Assembly (NCBI GenBank): GCA_037381445.1
Contig: JARRQT010000059.1
Span: 1 to 22,276, forward strand
DNA from: Calditrichia bacterium
GTDB taxonomy: Bacteria; Calditrichota; Calditrichia; RBG-13-44-9
DNA: 22,276 nt
Direction: 5' to 3'
Within the stretch, counting starts at the first letter, position 1, and each line of letters opens with the position of its first letter. The notes beneath the pieces were generated by a model. It saw nothing but the letters and a program-made list of their open reading frames with translations, had not been told where the DNA came from and made no database searches. Of the stretch, positions 9,158 to 17,191 are shown one piece after another. A program made the translations under genes and the position numbers.

Positions 9158-9571
9158 TCAAAACACCACACCGGCGACCAGAATCAGATTAGAGAATGGG
9201 GTCGCTTCGCCCGTTCGGGCAAAAGCAATATTATGGGTTTCACGAGTCAGTTTTTTAAACTGCTCGTGGGAAATCTTCCTGACCGGTACACCTGTGAGTT
9301 CTTCGTTCAGCAAGGTATTAAGCGCGTTAAAAAAATCGGGCGATCTTTTTTCCATTTCATTGGTGACAATGACCTCTTCCACCTTCAGCTCCTGTAATAT
9401 GACTTTTAAGACATCCAGAAGCCGCGGAAGGCCGGGTGTTATAGCCAGATCCACCAACTCTTTTCCATATGGGATCGGCAACCCGCTGTCTGCTACAACC
9501 AGATGGTCCCCATGTCCCATACGGGCGATCACCGCGGAGAGCGGCGCATTGATTAAGGATGTTTTTTTCAT
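9158..9571 (-). CDS. rbsD: D-ribose pyranase (RbsD/FucU family)
   Basis: MKKTSLIN..LS.VIARMGHGD.LVVADSGLPIP, DLAITPGLP, HEQFK and RTGEATPFSN.ILVAGVVF match RbsD end to end. Confidence 0.93.
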   Translation of the reverse strand: MKKTSLINAPLSAVIARMGHGDHLVVADSGLPIPYGKELVDLAITPGLPRLLDVLKVILQELKVEEVIVTNEMEKRSPDFFNALNTLLNEELTGVPVRKISHEQFKKLTRETHNIAFARTGEATPFSNLILVAGVVF

Positions 9572-9628
9572 GTTTCGGTTCCTTATTCTTCTTTGAGTTT
9601 ATGTTCTGTCATCAGGACCATTTTATTA

Positions 9629-12097
9629 TCATACTGGCCCGGCAATTTCTGCTTCATCGATCATGTCGACTTCTGCCCAGCGACCGGAGTGTTCGACACG
9701 GATAGTTTTTATTTCCAAAGGCTTAAAATTCAGCCGGATGAAAGCCTGCAGATCATTGAGATTCAGCTCAGACATGGTATTCTTTCCGGCGATTTCCTGC
9801 AGCCGGAAAACCAGGGATTTCCCATCCCACGATGGTTTGCAGGCCAGCACCCGGATATTTTGGGGAGCAATTCTGAAGAATTCCCGGAATCCGTCTTCGC
9901 TTTGGAACCGTTGGGGAAGATTAAGATCTTTGCGGAAAGATCCGAATGGCAGGTGGGCATAGACGGCCGGCGGCGTATTTAGCCAGTTGGCCAGAGCGCT
10001 TACCTTATCCCGAATCTCTTTAACCCGGCCAATGGTGACCGCAAGCCGGATATCATGGACACCCTGGTCCATATACTTGCGCTCCGGAAAATTACCCAGT
10101 TCAAATCCACGTTCGTGGCAATAGGCGGCACTTCTTAGCATGGATAATCGGATCTCGCCATCCCGGAAATCGAATCCGTTTTGTCCACTGTTGATGACTG
10201 CCAGGGCGGTGTCGGCGTGGGAGGATTTTCCCTGAACAATCAGCCAGCGTCCATGGACATATTCCTGCCCATCAGCAGGACTTTCAGAAAAGCCACCCGG
10301 AATTTCATGCACGACTGTCTCCTTTTCCAGAACTGTGGGAATTGATAATTTGAGTCGTCGTCGCTGTTCATTCCAGTGAATGCGGAGCCGGTATTCCAGC
10401 ACCGGCCATTGGGCATAAACAATGGTATCCAGAATCATCCGGCTGCTTTTATAATTCAATACCGTTTGATAGATGGTGCGAACCGGTCCGTTTTCCCTGA
10501 TCCGGGTGCCTGCAGGTTCAGTGACAAACTCGCCTGCGACATTGCGATATTGCCAGCATTCTGTTCCCCAGGAATCGCAGCAGTCTTCCATTATCAGCGG
10601 CCGTAACAGGAGACCGCTGAGCACATTTCCACCTTTACCAGTGGAAAGCGAATTAAGTAGACCGCTTTTTTCATCAAACTCAATATTCAGGGCGGACGGT
10701 GCGGATTCCTGTATCTTTTCACCTTCAATGGCTTCCAGGTGATAATTATAGAGTCCGACAGAGGGGAGGTCTGCCATAAAACAGATTTTCCGTCTCCATT
10801 GATTGAAGGGAAGCAGTGCTTCCGGCTGCTCTTCCTGGCACTGAATTTCCGATCCGTCCCGGTTGAGCAGGTTCAGATGCCATTTGCCGGACCATTTGGG
10901 CCTGTGAGAGATCATGCATTCAAACTCAACAGGGACATGGGGCATATGAGGTATGGTGTTTAAAACGGAAACGGGCAGATACACATTCCTGACGGGGCCC
11001 AGGTTATGGGCTATGGCAGCAGAAAGCTTGATGCGCCTGGCGGTTTCGGAGGCTTTGCCATACAAGTCCAGGGCATCTTTTTCTGCGGGTTCGGTGCAAC
11101 TGCCGGGAAGGATATCATGAAAATCGTTGAACAGGTGGTCCTTCCAGGCCTCCTCCAATTGGCGGTGAGGATATGGCTGGTTAAAAAGCCACCAGGCGGA
11201 CGTGCTTAGCGTTTCTGTCTGCAAAAGTTCATGCAAACTTGTCACCGAGCGCCTTTTCAGCCGCGAAAGGGAAGTATAGCAGCCGGTAAAAATGCGCTGC
11301 AGACCGCCTTCCACAACCGGAAGCTCATTATACAAATGCTTTACGACATTGTAGAACCTGTCCGGTGTGCTGTGGATAATCTTAACCCGCTTTTCCTTCG
11401 CCATAAAAGCGTCAATGATATTCAGATCCTCACGCGTGGCCCCACCGCCATGATCACCGATTCCCCAGAATACCGGAACATCCCGCTTTAATTGCAGGGC
11501 CAACTTCACTCCTTCTTCCAGCCGCTGCTTCATGTTTTCGTATTCGGTGTGATACAAACCCACGGCAATTCGATATCCCAAAATCTCCGATCCATCGACA
11601 CCTTTCCAGCGGTAAAGGTCCGAGGGGAGTTTCAGATCGGGATTCTGTGGCCGAAGATGGATGTACATCTTGTAGCCTGCCTTTGTCAGGAGCTGAGGGA
11701 GTGCTGCACCGTGGCCAAAGGAATCAAAATTATAGGCCACAAGTGGTGTGACGCCAAAGCGTTGTCGGAAATAATGGCGTCCGGTTGTTATTTGGCGGAT
11801 GAGGGACTCGGTGCCGGGAAGATTGACATCCGGTTGCAGATACCAGCCGCCGCTGATAAACCAGCGTTCTTCCCGAACCAAATCCTTAATCTCACTAAAT
11901 AATCCGGGATCATATTCCTCAACCCATTGATAAAGGATAGCTTCATTGTGATTGAATATAAATGTATCATGTTCCCTGAGCAGTTGGACTGCGGTTCGGA
12001 AAGTCGAAAGTGCTTCGGCACATCCTTCTTCCCAGCGCCATTGCCAGACAGGATCCAGATGTGCGTTGCAAATAAGATGAACAGTCGGGATGTCCAT
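9629..12097 (-). CDS. GH38 alpha-mannosidase-like glycosidase, no signal peptide
   Basis: NAHLDPVWQW (Zn-binding HxD), GGWYLQPD, ESLIRQ, FDSFGH (nucleophile), GDHGGG, GCYTS, FHDILPGS, EIPGG, LSMLRS. RBS GAGG. Confidence 0.92.
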   Translation of the reverse strand: MDIPTVHLICNAHLDPVWQWRWEEGCAEALSTFRTAVQLLREHDTFIFNHNEAILYQWVEEYDPGLFSEIKDLVREERWFISGGWYLQPDVNLPGTESLIRQITTGRHYFRQRFGVTPLVAYNFDSFGHGAALPQLLTKAGYKMYIHLRPQNPDLKLPSDLYRWKGVDGSEILGYRIAVGLYHTEYENMKQRLEEGVKLALQLKRDVPVFWGIGDHGGGATREDLNIIDAFMAKEKRVKIIHSTPDRFYNVVKHLYNELPVVEGGLQRIFTGCYTSLSRLKRRSVTSLHELLQTETLSTSAWWLFNQPYPHRQLEEAWKDHLFNDFHDILPGSCTEPAEKDALDLYGKASETARRIKLSAAIAHNLGPVRNVYLPVSVLNTIPHMPHVPVEFECMISHRPKWSGKWHLNLLNRDGSEIQCQEEQPEALLPFNQWRRKICFMADLPSVGLYNYHLEAIEGEKIQESAPSALNIEFDEKSGLLNSLSTGKGGNVLSGLLLRPLIMEDCCDSWGTECWQYRNVAGEFVTEPAGTRIRENGPVRTIYQTVLNYKSSRMILDTIVYAQWPVLEYRLRIHWNEQRRRLKLSIPTVLEKETVVHEIPGGFSESPADGQEYVHGRWLIVQGKSSHADTALAVINSGQNGFDFRDGEIRLSMLRSAAYCHERGFELGNFPERKYMDQGVHDIRLAVTIGRVKEIRDKVSALANWLNTPPAVYAHLPFGSFRKDLNLPQRFQSEDGFREFFRIAPQNIRVLACKPSWDGKSLVFRLQEIAGKNTMSELNLNDLQAFIRLNFKPLEIKTIRVEHSGRWAEVDMIDEAEIAGPV

Positions 12098-12118
12098 TGT
12101 ATACCTCGGAATTAATTT

Positions 12119-13879
12119 TTAAATCTCATCCGCAGCCGGCAGGTTTTTATACCAGGTGAAATACATTATCATTCCAAGCCCGGCAAAGATCACGATCCAA
12201 ATCCACATATTTCGCCACTGGTGCAGGAAAAGGAAAAAGGGGATGAGAGCCAATGAAACCTGAAAAAAGGCAGACAAAAGACCATTCAGAACATCAAATT
12301 TGGGCAGTTTGTCATTGACCGGTATCAGCCCACGGCGCTCTGCTTCCAGCCGGACCGGCTTCCAGACGCCGAATGGCCTTACCTTGGAATAGAATTTTAT
12401 GAGAATTTCCATATCGGTTGGTTTTGAAATGAATCCGATGACAAGAGTGATGATAAGCGAACCAATGGTATCAAATGCCAGTGAATGGGCTATTGACCAG
12501 GATGGCAGGAATATCTTCTGAAATACAATAATTCCGGCAGAGCAGGCCATGCTCCAGACAAATGCCCTCGCGCTGAAACGCCACCAGTGCCAGCGCATGG
12601 TCGCAGGGACAAGAATCATTGTCACCACTACAAAAATCATTACTTCCCAAGCGGATACGATGTTTTTGAAAGAAAGACTGAAGATAAAAGCAATGGTAAT
12701 TGCTACGATAGAAGCCAGCTGTCCGAAGCGGACCAGTTGCTTTTGAGTCAGATTTTTTCCCCAATATCGTTTCAGAAAGTCGTTCGTAACCACGGAACTG
12801 GTCACATTTACCATGGCACTCAGGGTCGACATCAGTGCTGCCAGCAGTATGGCCATAAACAGACCGCGCATACCCGTTGGGAGTTTGGTAAGCACCAGTG
12901 GCATGATCTTTTCAGCATCAAAGCCGGCTTCGGTTCCTAAATAATAGATGCCCAGAATGAGAAATGCGCAGCCAATAATCCAGCGAAGGGTATAACCGAT
13001 CGTCCACATCCCGGCAGCCAGAGAAGCGTCCCGAGGGCTTTTTGTAGTCAGGAAGAATTGAAAATCCCAGACATTGGGACCCGCCAGAACCCGGAAGATC
13101 AGCCAGGCAAAACCGGCCAGGATAATGGTCCCAAAGGCGCTGTAATGTTGATAGGCAGCGGGAGTATCTTTCAGATAGGATGACCAGAGATTCCAGGTGG
13201 GAGTCAGTGAACTCCATTCCGCGTTTTTGTTCGCAATAAAGGAAAGATCGGAACCTGTTTTGAAGGCCATGACACCAAGGATAATGGCGCCGACCGCAAT
13301 CAGCATCGTTTGGAAAACATCTGTAACAATCACCCCGATAAATCCACCCAGCGTGACATAAATACCCACTACTCCAAAAACCAGAAGTGCAGACTGCCAT
13401 TGTGAGAAAGGCAGGAATTCCTCTGCAAATTTGCCCGTTCCCACGGCCATAAACATCAGGTTAAATATCATGAGAACCAGCAGGAAGAGAGCAGCGGCGA
13501 TTCGTGCCATTTCAGCATCGCGGTTATCACCAAAGCGGGTTTCGTTCCATTCCGCAAAAGTCATCACACCAGACCGGCGGATATATTTGGCCTGGAATGC
13601 CATATAAAACGCGATAATCAGCCATCCCCAGAAAATGTGGGTGACCCAGATAGATTTTAGTCCAAGATAAAACATGGCGCCCACTAGGGCCATGGTTCCC
13701 CCGATATCAATGTAGCTGGAGCAGCCGGAAAGGCCCAGCATCCACCAGGGGACATTCCGGTCGGCCAGATAATAGGAATCCAGCTCTTTAGTGGCTCTTT
13801 TTTTGACATAAAAACCGATGAAAGCGACCAGAATAAGATAACCGGTAATCAGGATGAGGTCATACGGATGGAGATTCAT
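12119..13879 (-). CDS. Sodium:solute symporter (SSS/SLC5 family), likely sugar or oligosaccharide uptake
   Basis: Many hydrophobic helices; YYLADRNVPWW, TFAEW..RFG, YVTLGG..GVIVTD.FQ, GLFMAILLAALMST. ATG at 13879 preferred; the GTG at 13891 is an alternative start. Confidence 0.9.
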   Translation of the reverse strand: MNLHPYDLILITGYLILVAFIGFYVKKRATKELDSYYLADRNVPWWMLGLSGCSSYIDIGGTMALVGAMFYLGLKSIWVTHIFWGWLIIAFYMAFQAKYIRRSGVMTFAEWNETRFGDNRDAEMARIAAALFLLVLMIFNLMFMAVGTGKFAEEFLPFSQWQSALLVFGVVGIYVTLGGFIGVIVTDVFQTMLIAVGAIILGVMAFKTGSDLSFIANKNAEWSSLTPTWNLWSSYLKDTPAAYQHYSAFGTIILAGFAWLIFRVLAGPNVWDFQFFLTTKSPRDASLAAGMWTIGYTLRWIIGCAFLILGIYYLGTEAGFDAEKIMPLVLTKLPTGMRGLFMAILLAALMSTLSAMVNVTSSVVTNDFLKRYWGKNLTQKQLVRFGQLASIVAITIAFIFSLSFKNIVSAWEVMIFVVVTMILVPATMRWHWWRFSARAFVWSMACSAGIIVFQKIFLPSWSIAHSLAFDTIGSLIITLVIGFISKPTDMEILIKFYSKVRPFGVWKPVRLEAERRGLIPVNDKLPKFDVLNGLLSAFFQVSLALIPFFLFLHQWRNMWIWIVIFAGLGMIMYFTWYKNLPAADEI

Positions 13880-13901
13880 AATAAAACCCACTTTTGATAT
13901 G

Positions 13902-13915
13902 TGTTAGCGTTAACA
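13902..13915. promoter_or_regulatory. LacI-family operator TGTTAGCGTTAACA
   Basis: 14-bp near-perfect palindrome with a central CG, 22 bp upstream of the symporter ATG. Matches the TGTTANCGNTAACA pattern typical of LacI/GalR sugar regulators. Confidence 0.7.
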
Positions 13916-14284
13916 TTTATTGTTAAAAAATTTACCCTGCCTGGAAGTATCAGTGGAGATTCAGCAAGGTTTGCACTTTATTATATGAAATTGTCCTAGA
14001 CACTCAGCTGCATCCGCCGGGCTGAATATTAACCCTGTGCCACCGATGCAAGTCAACAGGAATTGATTTTAAGTTGACCCGGGGCAATCCCGAAATCAGG
14101 GATCAACAGAAAACAGAGACCAACATTGAGCAGGGTTCGGCCTTAAACCGTTTTTGAGTGATCGATATACAATTTGGGCATCAATTGAAATTCTTGTGCG
14201 GCGTATTTTGCATGTTTTTTGGATTTGACTCGTTTTAGTGGACAAGGGATCGCTAAAAGCATCCAACAAAAAAATTGTTTTATC

Positions 14285-14314
14285 TTGTATACTTCAAAAT
14301 TTATGTGTTAATAT
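14285..14314 (+). promoter_or_regulatory. Putative sigma70 promoter of galM (TTGTAT-N18-TAATAT with extended TG)
   Basis: Consensus-like hexamers about 110 bp upstream of galM. The context is AT-rich, so a chance match is possible. Confidence 0.3.
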
Positions 14315-14424
14315 GTTAAGTTGAAAATGGGTGTAATTGCATAATTGGGATGTCGGCAGTAAGTAAGATAATTCATAAAACAGCACGATAAGTTGATTGC
14401 CTAACGAGAAGAGGAGTATATGTA

Positions 14425-15567
14425 ATGAGAGTTTTAAAAATGTCAGTATTTTTAGGATTAATTGTTGCGCTCATGTTTTCCTGCACTAGTACTCCAAAAA
14501 ATGAAAACAGTATTAAAAAAGAAGTATTTGGAACGATGCCATCCGGAGAACAAGTTTTTCTTTATACCTTGAGGAATGAAAAGGGGATGGAAGCAACAAT
14601 AACAAATTATGGCGGCATTGTCGTTTCACTGTTGGTGCCGGATAAAAATAATAAGATGGGAGATGTGGTTCTTGGATATAATAATCTTGAAGGTTTTTTG
14701 CATGACAGCCCTTATTTTGGTGCTCTCATTGGTCGCTTTGGAAACCGTATTGCTAAAGGAAAATTCACGCTGGAGGGTAAGGAATATACGCTGGCAATCA
14801 ATAATGGCGAAAATACGCTTCATGGCGGTCTGAAAGGTTTTGACAAAGTGGTCTGGACTCCGGAAGAAATAAAAACCGCTGACGGACGTCCGGGGCTCAA
14901 ACTGACCTATCTCAGCAAAGACATGGAAGAAGGCTATCCGGGCAATCTTTCTGTCACTGTTGTCTATTCCCTTACCGATGATAGTGGTCTGCAAATTGAT
15001 TATTCAGCCACTACCGACAAAGCGACGGTTATCAATTTGACAAATCACTCCTACTTCAATCTGAGCGGCGAAGGATCAGGCACAATTTTGAATCAACTGA
15101 TGATGATTAATGCTGACAAATATACGCCTATTGATCAGGGATTAATCCCCACCGGGGAATTAGCGGATGTGGAAGGCACGCCTTTTGATTTCCGGGAACC
15201 GACAGCGATTGGCAAGCGCATCAACGAAGATAATCAGCAATTAAAATTTGGATTAGGGTATGACCATAACTTTGTTCTGAATAAAAAAGATTCAGAAATG
15301 TCACTGGCTGCCCGGGTTTCAGATCCCAAAAGCGGAAGAGTCATGGAAGTATATACAACTGAACCAGGTCTGCAGTTTTATTCAGGGAATTTTTTGGATG
15401 GAAAAATTATTGGAAAAAGTGGGCGGGCCTACAATTACCGCGATGCCTTCGTGCTGGAAACTCAGCATTTCCCTGATTCGCCCAACCATCCGGGATTTCC
15501 TTCCACGGTTTTAAGACCCGGGGAGAAGTATGTTTCCCAAACCATCTATAAATTTACGACAGAATAA
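14425..15567 (+). CDS. galM: Aldose 1-epimerase (galactose mutarotase), lipoprotein
   Basis: GRFGNRI, LHGG, EEGYPG, NLTNHSYFNL, GYDHNF, LETQHFPDSPN; lipobox LMFSC. RBS GAGGAG. Confidence 0.95.
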   Translation: MRVLKMSVFLGLIVALMFSCTSTPKNENSIKKEVFGTMPSGEQVFLYTLRNEKGMEATITNYGGIVVSLLVPDKNNKMGDVVLGYNNLEGFLHDSPYFGALIGRFGNRIAKGKFTLEGKEYTLAINNGENTLHGGLKGFDKVVWTPEEIKTADGRPGLKLTYLSKDMEEGYPGNLSVTVVYSLTDDSGLQIDYSATTDKATVINLTNHSYFNLSGEGSGTILNQLMMINADKYTPIDQGLIPTGELADVEGTPFDFREPTAIGKRINEDNQQLKFGLGYDHNFVLNKKDSEMSLAARVSDPKSGRVMEVYTTEPGLQFYSGNFLDGKIIGKSGRAYNYRDAFVLETQHFPDSPNHPGFPSTVLRPGEKYVSQTIYKFTTE

Positions 15568-15610
15568 ATTTATGTTATTTGGTGATTTATTCGTCTGATT
15601 TTAATAATTC

Positions 15611-15660
15611 TGCCATTTCCTGGGACCATTTCTTTTGAAGTGGTGCCGGGATGGTATTTC
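15611..15660 (+). terminator. Long hairpin downstream of galM, probable terminator or mRNA-end structure
   Basis: TGCCAT..CCTGG.ACCATTTC-TTTT-GAAGTGGT.CCGGG.ATGGTA, followed by a short T run. Confidence 0.45.
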
Positions 15661-15894
15661 AGATTAAAGGGAATCCTAAATTGTGGGTGTATTCTTCAGT
15701 AATTCTATATTCTGGTAATTTAACTTCGGTGAAAGCCCAATATTTGTTTTGGCAAAGTGGCAAAGAATCAAGAGAATAGGTCTCTGCACTCGCATATCCA
15801 TACATATTTTGTTCTCTTGGGGACCTGCCCCACTCGCCGGAATTATTCCCTCCAGGCATTTAGGAGTTTTGCCAGATGATACTTCTGCAGACAC

Positions 15895-16333
15895 AGCAGG
15901 TTTTGCAGGCCTAACCTACATTTGATCCACGAAGATTAGAGATTTTGCTGAATTTTGTCAAAGCTCAAACTAACATGGAGGATTTCAATCCTCTTTTGGC
16001 CGAAAAAATGCTCAAAAACCTTAAGGCAAACTCTTTAATGATAGGGGCCGTCTATTCCAATACCTTTCACATGAATGTTTTAGGATGTACTCCTGTCCTT
16101 AAGTGGTATCCATCTAATCACCTGTCTTCGAAAAGAACATATAAAGGTCTCCTAAGAATGTCAGAAATAAGAGCCTATTGCTGAAAAGGGGCCCAATAAG
16201 AATGGCCCACAGCAAATTAAAAGACATCTATCATATCGAACCTTCCCGGCGTCGAGGTGTTTACAACCTTTCCATGAATTTGCCTGCTGGTTTGGTTGCA
16301 TATATTTTCTGGCCTAAGAGACCAGCCATCTAA
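15895..16333 (+). pseudogene. IS982-family transposase remnant (frameshifted, internal stop)
   Basis: Stitched frames give RFCRPNLHLIHED*..LLNF..TNMEDFNPL..GKLFNDRG..SGIHLITCLRK..LLLKRGPI..KLKDIYHIEPSRRRGVYNLSMNLPAGLVAYIFWPKRPAI*. This is colinear with the IS982 pattern WFYGFKLHL..GKLFGDKGY..GIHLIT.LRK..IEHSRHRS..NL.AGL.AY.F.PKKP. Confidence 0.85.
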
Positions 16334-16373
16334 TGCGAGTTTGAGGATTCAAGGCAATTGGGCTTCTGTTGAG

Positions 16374-16390
16374 TTACGCCGAACTTATTT
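16374..16390 (+). repeat. Degenerate right terminal inverted repeat of the IS982 element
   Basis: TTACGCCGAACTTATTT lies about 40 bp after the transposase stop and resembles the ...CGAACTCACGT ends recalled for this IS982 subgroup. Confidence 0.5.
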
Positions 16391-16526
16391 TAGCTATGCG
16401 TGGATCAGTTTGTGGAATGGAAGACGGGCAGAGTTGATATGAACATAAAGAAAGATCCAATTGTCAAATTATGCCAAAAATAGCTACAGCAAAAAAGTTT
16501 CGACCTGGCTTCTGCTGCGCTTCAAT

Positions 16527-17047
16527 CAATCTTCTCCGATTATAAAATATTTCAATATATTCAAAGATACCTTCTCTGGCCTGCTCCCGGATTTGACAGG
16601 TATGGAAATAAACATGTTCTGTCTTTAAAGTATGGAAAGAACTTTCTGGAACGGCATTATCATAATGCCGTAAGGCATGGCTTATGCCACAGTTACCTTT
16701 ATGTGTTTTTGAGAAAATGGAGAGCGCTTTTTTTAAATGTCACGCCCCAGTTTGGTCTCCGCCGATTCATTTTGCAAACGGGCAACCTCCTTGTTTGTCT
16801 CTTTTGAGGCTGACCCATTCTTCTCTTCCTGCTCCGCTTTCTTTATCCGCCGATATAACAGATCTTTGCATATGTCTAATTCCTCGGCTACTGCTATAAC
16901 CAGTATCTCTGTCTGCCGGCATAAATTCACCGACTCTTGCTTAGAAGAATCATCGTATTTGCGTCGCTGCTTTACCAATGCGACACCGGCTTCTTTTCAT
17001 TATAATCTGCCTCCTAATTCTGTGTCCACAAAAAAATAGCAAGATTA
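16527..17047 (-). mobile_element. IS3-family element remnant: left IR, orfA, and the C-terminal piece of orfB
   Basis: Minus strand begins TAATCTTGCTATTTTTTTGTGGACAC (IS3-like IRL). orfA reads [39 protein letters not shown], then directly [44 protein letters not shown] (integrase C-terminus). Confidence 0.88.
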
Positions 17048-17191
17048 CCGGAACCCGGCGGATCGGTCGTGCGGATCGAAACCGTTTTATCATCTGCCGG
17101 TCCAGGCAAACTGAACACGTCGAATATCATACGCACGCAAAGAACTTTTTTCCAATCAACCGGGTTTCACAGGACGGGAGTATGGGATGAT

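Noticed and set aside
14128..14170. Fluoride-riboswitch-like GGTTCGGCCTTAAACCG
   Set aside because: It lacks the GGnGAUGG 5' motif and the GCUnAUGAC pseudoknot partner, and the context is unrelated.
15945..16184. 79-aa ORF as a real small protein (likewise 16733-16978)
   Set aside because: Both are explained as fragments of IS982 and IS3 transposase pseudogenes.
17105..17180. c-di-GMP-I riboswitch-like words GGCAAAC...ACGCAAAG
   Set aside because: The intervening bases do not form the P2 stem with a GNRA loop, and the P3/receptor pattern is missing.
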